From NCBI GenBank assembly GCA_963665615.2, contig CAXXQE010000001.1, positions 62,001 to 126,000 on the forward strand: a DNA stretch of 64,000 nt, given 5' to 3'. Of the stretch, positions 53,056 to 61,871 are shown piece after piece (the stretch's first letter is position 1; each line of letters starts with the position of its first letter). The notes under the pieces were generated by a model that saw only the letters and a list, made by a program, of their open reading frames with translations, had not been told where the DNA came from and did not search any database. The translations under genes were made by a program, and so were the position numbers. The DNA comes from Syntrophales bacterium. Lineage in GTDB: Bacteria; Desulfobacterota; Syntrophia; Syntrophales; UBA4778.

Positions 53056-54579
53056 TTAATCCTTTTTGATTCGTTCCATTCGGTTCAAGGCGTTGATGTA
53101 GGCCTTGGCCGAGGCGACGAGGATATCGGGATGTGCCCCGCGTCCGAGGGCGCTGCGCCCTTTATACTGCAATTGCACGGTTACCTCGCCCTGGGCATCC
53201 GTTCCGCCCGTGATCGACTGGACGACATATTTCAGGAGATCGTAGTTCGTCCCGGTGATCTTACGGATAGCTGCGAAAACCGCATCGACCGGTCCCACGC
53301 CGAAACCGGCATCCTGATGAACGATCTTGTCGATCTCCATCTGCATCGTGGCCGTCGGAATGGCGACGTTGCCGCTGACCACACTCACATAGAGAAGCTT
53401 GTACTTGTCCTCGCCTCGGAATGCCTCGTCGAACAGGATGGCCTCGAGGTCCTCATCGAAGACCTCTTTCTTCATATCGGCCAGCTCCTTGAAGCGCTCC
53501 CACAGTTTCGACAGCTCCTGTTCCGTGACGTGATACCCCAGTTTTTTTAGACGGTCTCTCAAGGCATGGCGGCCGGAGTGCTTGCCCAGGACGAGGCTCG
53601 CCTCAGGGATGCCGACTGACCTGGGAGACATGATTTCGTAAGTGCTGCGCTCCTTGATCATCCCGTCCTGATGGATGCCCGACTCGTGCGCAAAAGCATT
53701 GGCTCCGACGATGGCCTTGTTCGGCTGGACGACAATGCCGGTGATCTGCGTGACCAGCTTGGAGGTGTGATAAATCTGCTCCGTCTTGATATGCGTGTGC
53801 AGACCGAAACACTCCTTGCGCGTGTTGAGCGCCATGACGATCTCTTCCAGGGCCGTGTTGCCCGCTCGCTCGCCGATGCCGTTGATCGTGCATTCCACCT
53901 GCCGGGCGCCGTTCTTCAGCGCGGCCAGCGAATTGGCGCAGGCCAGGCCCAGGTCGTTGTGGCAGTGCACCGCGATGACCGCCTGATTGATGTTGCGGAC
54001 ATTGGCGAAAAGATGCGCGATCAACTCGCCGTATTCGTCCGGCACCGCATAGCCGACGGTGTCGGGGATGTTGACCGTGGTGGCGCCTTCCTCGATGACG
54101 GCCTCGACCATCTCGCTCAGGTAGGTCTTGTCGGAGCGCGTGGCGTCCATTGCCGAGAACTGGATGTTATCCGTGTAACCGGCGGCGCGCTGCACGGCCT
54201 CGCGGGCCTCCTTCAGGACCTGCCCCCGCGACTTGCGGAGCTGGTGCTTCAGGTGAATATCCGAAGAGGAGATGAAGATGTGCAGCCTTGGGAATTTCGC
54301 ATCGGCAATGGCTTCCCATGCCCGGTCGATATCCTTCGGAATGGCGCGCGCCAGCGCCGCAATTTGCGTGTGCTTTAAACTCCGCGCGATCTGCTGCACG
54401 GAGAGGAAGTCGCCCTCTGACACCAACGGGAACCCCGCCTCGATGATATCGACGCCGAGGCTTTCGAGCTGTCGGGCGATCCGGAGCTTCTCCGCCGGGT
54501 TCATGCTGGCGCCGGGCGATTGCTCCCCATCGCGTAATGTCGTGTCAAAGATATAGACCCTGTCTTTTTTGGAAACCAT
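53056..54579 (-). CDS. leuA: 2-isopropylmalate synthase
   Basis: DTTLRDGEQSPG, HCHNDLG, GIGERAGN and HESGIHQDG motifs plus regulatory domain. Confidence 0.96.
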   Translation of the reverse strand: MVSKKDRVYIFDTTLRDGEQSPGASMNPAEKLRIARQLESLGVDIIEAGFPLVSEGDFLSVQQIARSLKHTQIAALARAIPKDIDRAWEAIADAKFPRLHIFISSSDIHLKHQLRKSRGQVLKEAREAVQRAAGYTDNIQFSAMDATRSDKTYLSEMVEAVIEEGATTVNIPDTVGYAVPDEYGELIAHLFANVRNINQAVIAVHCHNDLGLACANSLAALKNGARQVECTINGIGERAGNTALEEIVMALNTRKECFGLHTHIKTEQIYHTSKLVTQITGIVVQPNKAIVGANAFAHESGIHQDGMIKERSTYEIMSPRSVGIPEASLVLGKHSGRHALRDRLKKLGYHVTEQELSKLWERFKELADMKKEVFDEDLEAILFDEAFRGEDKYKLLYVSVVSGNVAIPTATMQMEIDKIVHQDAGFGVGPVDAVFAAIRKITGTNYDLLKYVVQSITGGTDAQGEVTVQLQYKGRSALGRGAHPDILVASAKAYINALNRMERIKKD

Positions 54580-54614
54580 GATGTCTGTCCTCCTCCTTAC
54601 TGAAAGGCGGCTGT

Positions 54615-54782
54615 CAGGCTGTTGAAAAAGGCTCATCTGCTGCGCCTGTCCTGGCGCAGACGGGGATTACGCGCAGCCCTCCCCCGAAAAAGCATCGGGA
54701 CGAGCGGTGCTCACGTATCAGCATATACGCTCCACTCCTCGGTCTGCCCGATGTCTTGCATCTAAACCTTTTTAGCAGCCTG
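54615..54782 (+). mobile_element. Miniature inverted-repeat element (family C), copy 3
   Basis: CAGGCTGTTGAAAAAGG...CCTTTTTAGCAGCCTG. Confidence 0.75.
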
Positions 54783-54802
54783 GTCTCAGGCGGTATCCCC
54801 GC

Positions 54803-54835
54803 AAAAAAGCCGCGGGGCTTTCGCTTCCCGCGGCT
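54803..54835 (-). terminator. Attenuator terminator of the leuA leader
   Basis: Minus strand AGCCGCGGG-AAGCGAAAGC-CCCGCGGCTTTTTT. Confidence 0.8.
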
Positions 54836-54865
54836 CTCAGGTTTTGTTCTGAATTTGTTTCGGAC

Positions 54866-54961
54866 CTAAAAACGACGGGCGGCGTGGCGCAGACGAAGGC
54901 GCAAGGCGAGGAGCGTAAGCTCCGCCGGAATAATCATGCCGATCGCCAATAGCTTTCCCAA
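54866..54961 (-). CDS. Putative leu leader peptide
   Basis: (M)GKLLAIGMIIPAELTLLALRLRLRHAARRF*, from TTG 54961 or ATG 54937. Ends 30 nt before the terminator. Confidence 0.65.
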   Translation of the reverse strand: MGKLLAIGMIIPAELTLLALRLRLRHAARRF

Positions 54962-55011
54962 ACCGATTGCCTTTCTTTAGATCAGATCAGTGTGATTCAA
55001 AAATCTGACTT

Positions 55012-55040
55012 AGGCTAGTGAATATGCTGAATCAAGTCAA
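55012..55040 (-). promoter_or_regulatory. Sigma70-type promoter of the leuA leader
   Basis: TTGACT-N17-TAGCCT with an A/T tract upstream. Confidence 0.55.
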
Positions 55041-55239
55041 GAAAATTTTTTTGCTTCAGCTGGAGGCCAGATATGCAAAAGATTGGATGCCATGAGCTTT
55101 CCCAAAAAGACATGTTCAAAATAGAGTTTTCATGCTGCAATATCTGTTAGAAGGCTTTTGGAAAAGGATTATGTTTTCAGGAATTTCAATTCTCATAGAT
55201 AAAAAATCAGAAATACAATATATTGCATCCTGCACGTCA

Positions 55240-55342
55240 GTCTGGGCATTCCGGAAAAGTTTATCGTTCGGAGATGTTTAGTCCTGAGTCGTTCGCTTCC
55301 CCGCGAGCAAGCCACGGAGAATGCGCTCGCTGAAGAATTCAA
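55240..55342 (+). repeat. Intergenic repeat family A, copy 4 (degenerate)
   Basis: TCGCTTCCCCGCGAGCAAGCCACGGAGAATGCGCTCGCTGAAGAATTCAA. Confidence 0.6.
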
Positions 55343-55358
55343 GACCGGAGCATTCACT

Positions 55359-55817
55359 ATGCATAAAAATAAAGATGTCGTATCGAAGATTCGGACTCAT
55401 AGCATTTGCAGATTGGTAAAGAGTGAGGATCTCAATCACCACGGCACCCTGTTTGCGGGACGGGCGGCGCAGTGGTTTGTCGAGTCCGGATTTATTGCTG
55501 CAGCAAGCTTAACGAATCCGGAACATATTGTCTGCCTTAATGTTCATGGCATGCTTTTTCTGAAGCCCATTAATAACGGAATGATCATCCGGTTTGACAG
55601 CAAGGTCGTCTTTGCGGGAAGGACCAAGTTGGTCTCCTATATTAAAGTGATCGATAATAATACGGAAGAGATCTTTGTCGATGGCTTTATTACCTTCATT
55701 CATGTGGACCAAGATGTAAACCCTGTACCGCACGGTATTACTCTGGAAGCTTCAAACATAGAGGATACTGAACTTCAGAGAAAAGCGAGAAATCTGTTAA
55801 GCAGAGGCAGGAAGTAG
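55359..55817 (+). CDS. Hotdog-fold acyl-CoA thioesterase family protein
   Basis: EDLNHHGTLFAG motif. Confidence 0.85.
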   Translation: MHKNKDVVSKIRTHSICRLVKSEDLNHHGTLFAGRAAQWFVESGFIAAASLTNPEHIVCLNVHGMLFLKPINNGMIIRFDSKVVFAGRTKLVSYIKVIDNNTEEIFVDGFITFIHVDQDVNPVPHGITLEASNIEDTELQRKARNLLSRGRK

Positions 55818-55943
55818 TTGTTTTGAAAAAAATGAGAAAGGGTCTTTTCTCCGGAAGTTCTTGTCAGTTGCCGGTTGATATCAGCAGCTTGATAAGATAG
55901 CAAAAAAGTACCATTTATATTTCAGTTTAAAGGGGGTCAAACG

Positions 55944-57122
55944 GTGAGTTTAAAGGATAAGTGTGCAATAGTGGGAGTGGGCTACACCCCGCAGGGGAAG
56001 CTCCCCGATTGGACGGTGAGGGGCCTGTTTCACGAGGCGGCGAAAAACGCCATCGCAGATGCAGGGCTTAACCCAAAAGATATTGATGGCATCCTCATTG
56101 AGCAACCCTATGTGGAACGCGGTCGTAATGTAAACATGTTCAGCAGCACGCTGTTTACGCATCTTCAGGAAGACCTCGGCATAGAGTACACCAGGCTCAG
56201 TACGAATTATGATTCTATGGGCGCCACGGGTGGCTGCACCGTGGAGCTGGCGGCTATGGCGATTAATGCCGGTATCTGCGACGTTGTTCTTTCTGTCTTC
56301 GTAGAAAAATCGGCAACCTCTCCGCACGTTCCGTATCGGTTCGGCACGTCGGAGTCAACAAGCTCCGGACCGAGCGCCACGATCACCTATGGTCAATTCG
56401 GTGCAATGCCCGGCATTGCCCTGGCGGCCAGAGCGCATATGCTCAAGTATGGCACCACCAGTCAACAGCTGGGGGAGGTGGCCGTTACCTTCCGCAGGCA
56501 CGCTTCGTTGAATCCCATCGCAACGATGCGCACCCCGATTACGATTGAGGAGCACCAGAATTCAAGGATGGTTTGCGATCCGCTTCATTTGCTGGATTGC
56601 TCTCTCGTTTCCGATGGCGCCCGTGCGATGATCATTACCTCGGCGGAGAGGGCGAAATCGCTCAGATGTCCGCCGGTCTATATCATGGGCATGGGGCAGG
56701 GATACGTCATTAATGACTTCCGGGGACGGGTCGATGTGACGACAACCGGCGCCATACCGTCAGGGAAAGCGGCCTTCAATATGGCGGGCATAACGCCCAA
56801 GGATATTGACGTCCTCTGGACCTATGATGCAACCACCTATAATGTCATCACCCAATTGGAGGAACTCGGTTTCTGCAAGCGTGGTGAGGGAGGACCGTTT
56901 GTTGAAGGCGGCAGGTTGGCACTGGATGGCGAGCTACCCACCAACACCTCGGGCGGGATGCTGTCGGAGGTCTATCTTCAGGGCTGGACAGGCATTCCCG
57001 AGATTGTGCGTCAGCTCAGAGGCGAATGCGGCGAGCGACAGGTAAAAGATGCCGAGATTGGGTTGGTCACTTGCCAGGGCGGCGGGATGTGCGCCCATTC
57101 CACGCTTATTTTGAGGAGGTAG
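55944..57122 (+). CDS. Thiolase-fold (SCP-x/Ltp2-like) protein, probably an acyl-CoA aldolase
   Basis: AIVGVG, PLHLLDCSLVSDG and NTSGGMLSEVY motifs. The thiolase Cys and His are absent. Confidence 0.85.
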   Translation: MSLKDKCAIVGVGYTPQGKLPDWTVRGLFHEAAKNAIADAGLNPKDIDGILIEQPYVERGRNVNMFSSTLFTHLQEDLGIEYTRLSTNYDSMGATGGCTVELAAMAINAGICDVVLSVFVEKSATSPHVPYRFGTSESTSSGPSATITYGQFGAMPGIALAARAHMLKYGTTSQQLGEVAVTFRRHASLNPIATMRTPITIEEHQNSRMVCDPLHLLDCSLVSDGARAMIITSAERAKSLRCPPVYIMGMGQGYVINDFRGRVDVTTTGAIPSGKAAFNMAGITPKDIDVLWTYDATTYNVITQLEELGFCKRGEGGPFVEGGRLALDGELPTNTSGGMLSEVYLQGWTGIPEIVRQLRGECGERQVKDAEIGLVTCQGGGMCAHSTLILRR

Positions 57123-57124
57123 TT

Positions 57125-57562
57125 ATGACAAAGGCAATAAAGCCGCTTCCAGAGATCACGCCGGAGAAAAAACCTTACTGGGATGCGGCCAAAAGACATG
57201 AGTTAGTGCTATTAAAGTGTGTTGACTGTGGCCATTACCGGCACCCGTTGTATGGCGGAGAAAGCTTCATGTGCCCCAACTGCAACTCGACCCAAAAGCC
57301 ACTTTGGGTGAAGTCAAGCGGTCGAGGCAAGCTATTGACCTGGACAATCGTGCATCAGGTGTTCCATCCCTCGTTTGAAGAAGAGTCGCCATATGCCATT
57401 GCGGTCGTCTTGCTGGATGAAGGGGCAAGGATGATTGCCAATCTTCGCGGCGCAAAGCCGGAGGAGATAAAAGGAGATATGGCGGTAGAGATTATTTTCG
57501 AGGAACTCTCTGAAGATATCACGTTGCCCCAATTTCGGCCGGTCAGCCGGCGTCAGCAATAA
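57125..57562 (+). CDS. DUF35 zinc-ribbon/OB-fold protein
   Basis: CVDC...CPNC, SGRGKLLTWT and PYAIAVVLLDEG motifs. Coupled to the thiolase-like gene. Confidence 0.92.
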   Translation: MTKAIKPLPEITPEKKPYWDAAKRHELVLLKCVDCGHYRHPLYGGESFMCPNCNSTQKPLWVKSSGRGKLLTWTIVHQVFHPSFEEESPYAIAVVLLDEGARMIANLRGAKPEEIKGDMAVEIIFEELSEDITLPQFRPVSRRQQ

Positions 57563-57608
57563 TCGAGCAAGTTGATCATCCGTTATTCTATTTACATTTG
57601 AACCATTC

Positions 57609-57644
57609 CCGTCCGCTTGAACAATCGTCTGTTCAAGCGGACGG
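57609..57644. terminator. Strong hairpin downstream of DUF35
   Basis: CCGTCCGCTTGAACA-loop-TGTTCAAGCGGACGG; no clear U-tract. Confidence 0.5.
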
Positions 57645-57851
57645 TGAGCATCACTCGCTCAAATTATAATTCACCTTCCAGCTAAGAATCGTTGTTTCAT
57701 GAGAGAGTCGATTTTCTATTTTAGAAGATTAGGGCGGCCGAACAATGAATCCCTTGCGAAGAAGGGAACTGGGTTTTCTGATACTCAAAACGACTAGTTG
57801 AGTACGCGGATCCAAAAATGAGCTGTTAGCACAACGAGAGGGGAAAATGCG

Positions 57852-58601
57852 ATGGAGCAGATAATCGGTTGGATCATCTGGGGCATCATAACACTTTGGG
57901 CTATTATCTTGGTCTTGGCTAGTAGGGCTTCCGCAAAGCTGGGGCAAACGCTCCAGCCGGCAGCCGGAGCCACGATACTATTTTTATGGATTATTGTTGT
58001 GCTGTTCTGCCTTTTTGACTGGAACAAATTGCACATCCTTTGGTTGGCGCCGTTGTCTTTTTTTACTGCTCATTTTCTGGCTGCGCGCAGGTTGCCAGTC
58101 CTTTCCCCAATGATCTCGTCTATCTCCAGATTTTTCCTTTCCGTCGTTTTTATGGGAATAGAAAGGAAAGATCTTGTTGGAGTCGAGCTCATTCACATCA
58201 ACAAACACGATAGCGCCTCCCAACCAGGCGGACCCGATCTTATCGAACTCACTAAAGATTTATTAAAAAGTCGCTACAGTTACTACCCCGCCGATTTCGC
58301 GTCGACAAGAATAAACAATATGTCGAAAGAAGTCATCATGGGCATACCGGAGGCGACGATTGTAACAATTATTGAAGCATACAGTGAGTACAAGAAGCAG
58401 GGACTATCGGATCAGGATATTTTTCAGAAAATTCAAACTCAAAGAACCCCATCCGCTGAAGCGGACGTCATGCCTTCGGAATTGACGCTCTCAAGCTATA
58501 TAAAATATCGCATGAAGCTGGAACACCCGGATAGCAGCGCTCAACTCAGCGATCAATTTATTGACGAAGCGATCGAAAAAGTAAAAAAAGTATTTCAATA
58601 A
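57852..58601 (+). CDS. Hypothetical membrane protein
   Basis: 249-aa ORF with GAGGGG RBS, 3-4 N-terminal TMs and a soluble C-domain; AT-richer. Confidence 0.7.
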   Translation: MEQIIGWIIWGIITLWAIILVLASRASAKLGQTLQPAAGATILFLWIIVVLFCLFDWNKLHILWLAPLSFFTAHFLAARRLPVLSPMISSISRFFLSVVFMGIERKDLVGVELIHINKHDSASQPGGPDLIELTKDLLKSRYSYYPADFASTRINNMSKEVIMGIPEATIVTIIEAYSEYKKQGLSDQDIFQKIQTQRTPSAEADVMPSELTLSSYIKYRMKLEHPDSSAQLSDQFIDEAIEKVKKVFQ

Positions 58602-58672
58602 AAATCGCTAACGAAGGAAAGAAGTCGTCATGCCGGCAACTTAATCAAAGGGCAATACCACCCACAAAAGAA

Positions 58673-58703
58673 AAAGGGGTTCGGTTTTCACCGTAACCCC
58701 TTT
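58673..58703. terminator. Terminator downstream of the tRNA pair
   Basis: AAAGGGGTT-CGGT...ACCG-TAACCCCTTT. Confidence 0.6.
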
Positions 58704-58712
58704 ACTTTATTA

Positions 58713-58787
58713 TGGTAGTCCCAAGGGGAGTTGAACCCCTGCTTCCGGCGTGAGAGGCCAGCGTCCTAACCACTAGACGATGGGACC
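58713..58787 (-). tRNA. tRNA-Glu (CTC)
   Basis: GGTCCCATCGTCTAGTGGTTAGGAC...CTCTCAC...GGTTCAACTCCCCTTGGGACTACCA. Confidence 0.95.
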
Positions 58788-58798
58788 GTTATTTAGAA

Positions 58799-58872
58799 TG
58801 GCTGGGGGACCAGGATTCGAACCTGGGTAGCAAGGTTCAGAGCCTTGAGTCCTGCCGCTAGACGATCCCCCA
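58799..58872 (-). tRNA. tRNA-Gln (CTG)
   Basis: TGGGGGATCGTCTAGCGGCAGGAC...CTCTGAA...GGTTCGAATCCTGGTCCCCCAGCCA. Confidence 0.95.
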
Positions 58873-58908
58873 GAAAAGTGATCGTCGATGCGATATGTAG
58901 AGTGCGGA

Positions 58909-58937
58909 AATTTAGACAATCGGCAGAAAAATGTCAA
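58909..58937 (-). promoter_or_regulatory. Sigma70-type promoter of the tRNA pair
   Basis: TTGACA-N17-TAAATT. Confidence 0.6.
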
Positions 58938-58966
58938 TCGAAAAAAACGCTTCCTGCTTCGAAGGC

Positions 58967-60943
58967 CTAGCTGTTTTTTAAGTAAAATGAAATTGGCCTT
59001 GGCGGTTCAATTAAGAACCCCTGAACGGCGTCGATATGCAAATCTTTCAGTGCCAGATACTGCGCTTCGGTTTCCACCCCCTCCGCAATGACCGTCATAT
59101 CAATGCTGTGAGCAACGTTGCTCAGCAGGGTGATATAGAATCGTGTATCGTTTGCGGCGTCCGCCAAGTCTCCTGTAAAGGCCCGGTCGATCTTGACGTA
59201 GCGCGGCTGGAGCGAGCGCAACTGATTGAAGCTGGAGAGATTCTGGCCGAAATGATCCAGCGAAACGCCGTGACCAACCTCGCGGATAGAAGACTGAAAC
59301 TCCCGGATCAACGACAGGTTATGAATCGCCGCAAATTCGGAGAACTCGAAGGTGACATGCGGTGCATGGGGGGAACGGTCTCCCAGGGCATTGCGGATCC
59401 AATCGGAGAAAGAGCGGTCGCACAGCGAGGCTAGAGAGATGTTGACAGCGACCTGATCGGTGGGGAGACTTCTGCCGTCGAGTTTCAGAACCTCTTCGAC
59501 GACGGCGCGATCCAGTTGGGTCACCAATCCCATCCGTTCGGCGTAGGGTAGGAACAGATCGGCGGAAAAGGTCCGCCCCTCTTCGTCCACGATCTTTGAG
59601 AAGACTTCGAGGTGCAAGACAGATTTTCTGTCGGCTGCATTGACAACCGGCTGCAAGGCGAGCTCGATACGGCGTGCCTTCAACGCGTTTTCAATCGTCT
59701 CTTTCCACTGCTGCTGTCCCGCGGGTTTTTTTTCGGTCTCTACCGTCAAGGCGATCACATGCCAATTGTGCGTGCCGAATTGCTGGGCGGTGCGCAGGGC
59801 CTGATCTGCCTCTGCCAGAAGGCGCTTGGGGGAAGCCGAAAAATCGAAGGTTACGGCTCCGGTGTGAGAGATGTTGCTGATGTCCGGGATGTGATGAGGC
59901 GCCAGAAGGGATAGTTTCCCCGTTATGTCGGCAGCGATCATATCGGCATCCCAGGCCGGTGCATCCGGCAGAAAAATGCCGAAATCCCCGCCAGTCAAGC
60001 GCGTCAGAACGTGGTTAGGATAAGGCGAGACGGTTTCTTGCAGGATATCGGCTGTCTTTGCCAAGAGAGAGTCGCCGGCGCTGAATCCCATCTTCGCATT
60101 GAGTTGTGCCAGGTCGTTGATCTGCACGAGCATCAGAATGCCCTTGGCGTCCCCTTCCTGTCGTTCCAGACATGACCGAAGTTGCGCTTCGAAATACCGG
60201 CGGTTGCCCAAGCCCGTCAGGGGATCGGTATAGGCGTGCTTGCGGAATTCCTCTGTGACCGCAACTTGCTTTTCAAAGGTCGTCTTGACCTTTTCGACCA
60301 TGCGGTTCATGGCGATAACTACCTGTCGGAGTTCCTTCGTACGGGGAAGGTTTTCCTGATAGGCGTATTCTTTCCGGCAGATGGCGTCCGCCTGTTCGCG
60401 GACAAGGTTTAGCGGTTTGAGCAGCACGCGCAGACCCCAGGCGCCAAGGAGCAGTACGACGAGACCACAAGCTGCGAAGAGACCCGCGATTCGGAGGCTG
60501 TCCGTCCATAGGGCCTCGTAGGCATATCCGGGATGACTCTTGACGTGGATAGTGCCGATCTGACGCCATCCGGCCATGATGTAGGCGTTTGCCTCCGGGA
60601 CCTCAATGGGAACCAGCCGGATAAACCAGCGGGGAACGCCCTCGATGACAACATCGAGATGGCGCCCTTTGATGACCTGCCCCTTGAGATCGAGCCATTG
60701 AATGGTCTGGTAGTAGCCCCGATCGAAGACTGCATTGATCATGCTTTCCGTGCTGACGGCATCTTGCTGGGCGACGTGTTGAGACACGGCCAGCGCCAGG
60801 GATGTGGCCGTGTCCTGCGCGTGGGAACTGAGCTGGTTGATCAGGAAGGCCCGGTTGTTCTCAAAGGTGACGAACCAGGTTCCCGTCAGTAAAACCAGAA
60901 ACAGCAAAAGGGTGAGGACAATGAGTTGGCGATATAGTGTCAT
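58967..60943 (-). CDS. lapD: LapD/MoxY-type c-di-GMP receptor (periplasmic output - HAMP - degenerate GGDEF - degenerate EAL)
   Basis: QLSSHAQDTATSLAL, FDRGYY, VPRWF, GWRQ hairpin and SHPGYAY motifs. Degenerate TGGDF, LEVF and DHFG. Confidence 0.92.
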   Translation of the reverse strand: MTLYRQLIVLTLLLFLVLLTGTWFVTFENNRAFLINQLSSHAQDTATSLALAVSQHVAQQDAVSTESMINAVFDRGYYQTIQWLDLKGQVIKGRHLDVVIEGVPRWFIRLVPIEVPEANAYIMAGWRQIGTIHVKSHPGYAYEALWTDSLRIAGLFAACGLVVLLLGAWGLRVLLKPLNLVREQADAICRKEYAYQENLPRTKELRQVVIAMNRMVEKVKTTFEKQVAVTEEFRKHAYTDPLTGLGNRRYFEAQLRSCLERQEGDAKGILMLVQINDLAQLNAKMGFSAGDSLLAKTADILQETVSPYPNHVLTRLTGGDFGIFLPDAPAWDADMIAADITGKLSLLAPHHIPDISNISHTGAVTFDFSASPKRLLAEADQALRTAQQFGTHNWHVIALTVETEKKPAGQQQWKETIENALKARRIELALQPVVNAADRKSVLHLEVFSKIVDEEGRTFSADLFLPYAERMGLVTQLDRAVVEEVLKLDGRSLPTDQVAVNISLASLCDRSFSDWIRNALGDRSPHAPHVTFEFSEFAAIHNLSLIREFQSSIREVGHGVSLDHFGQNLSSFNQLRSLQPRYVKIDRAFTGDLADAANDTRFYITLLSNVAHSIDMTVIAEGVETEAQYLALKDLHIDAVQGFLIEPPRPISFYLKNS

Positions 60944-60954
60944 GGCGTCATTCT

Positions 60955-61656
60955 CTATAGGTTGTTTTCTTGCATCCGTTTGAGAAGCTCCCGCCAGGGC
61001 CGGAGTCGGCTGCTGTCGGTCACTTTTCCCTGTCCGCGTTGTTGGGCCATCCAGAGGTTTGTACCGTTGAAACTGAAGATTGGTAAGAGATCCTGTCGTC
61101 CGGAGGCCGGTTTGATGGTATCGATCAGGTTATCGAGAACCAAGGGTTCGTCTCCCGGTTTGTTGACGTACGTCAAGACCATATGGGTTCTATTGAGTTT
61201 GACGGCCTTGACGTATGTGATGTTGAGCTTTTCGTCGGCGAAGCCCATGGCCTTCAGTGTAAAGTACTTGGCGATGGCATAGTCTTCGCAATCGCCGGCA
61301 CCAATTCCCAAAAATTCTATAGGCGTTGCCCAGTAATCGTCAACCCCCCAGACGTCGATATCTTCGCCATAGGGGATTTTGTTCATAAAGGCATTGACCT
61401 TTTCGAGCTTTTCCAGGTCAGATGTGCTGTTGTCGGAGCGAATGAGGTTTTCCCAGGCCAGAAGTCGTGTCCGAGCGTCGCGGCCCCATTTAGCTTCTGC
61501 CTTTTTCAGGGTGTCTTGGGAGATATTGAATATATTCCCTGCCAAAACGGGGCTGCCGCGCAGCAGCCCTGTCAGGGAAATAAGAACGAGAAGTACGCCC
61601 GTTTTCCAAAAGGTGGCGGGAACCTGTCGCCTCAAGTGTTGCAGTATCCTGTTCAT
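60955..61656 (-). CDS. lapG: LapG-type transglutaminase-like periplasmic cysteine protease
   Basis: DYWATPIEF, GDCEDYAIAKY, HMVL and LVLDN motifs; signal peptide; directly upstream of lapD. Confidence 0.92.
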   Translation of the reverse strand: MNRILQHLRRQVPATFWKTGVLLVLISLTGLLRGSPVLAGNIFNISQDTLKKAEAKWGRDARTRLLAWENLIRSDNSTSDLEKLEKVNAFMNKIPYGEDIDVWGVDDYWATPIEFLGIGAGDCEDYAIAKYFTLKAMGFADEKLNITYVKAVKLNRTHMVLTYVNKPGDEPLVLDNLIDTIKPASGRQDLLPIFSFNGTNLWMAQQRGQGKVTDSSRLRPWRELLKRMQENNL

Positions 61657-61754
61657 CAATTCCGGTTTATCGACCCTAACGGAAATCGTGTTGGTTCTGC
61701 CGATCAGAAGGTTGTGCACGCCTCTTGAGACGGTCGGGAACAAAACCGGTTGTA

Positions 61755-61850
61755 TTGAAGATTCTCCGGAGAATCTCCGATCCCCAAGGAAGAATTTTGG
61801 TTCTGATTCGCTCGCTTACCCCGCAGGGATGCGCTCACTGAGGGGTTCAA
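61755..61850 (+). repeat. Intergenic repeat family A, copy 5
   Basis: TTGAAGATTC...CGATCCCCAAGGAAGA...GATTCGCTCGCTTACCCCGCAG...TTCAA. Confidence 0.7.
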
Positions 61851-61871
61851 GTTTTGAAGAATCCCGCCAAC

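Noticed and set aside
57820..58615. Possible integron cassette (GTTAGCA before and CGCTAAC after the 249-aa ORF)
   Set aside because: No convincing attC palindrome follows CGCTAAC and no integrase is present.
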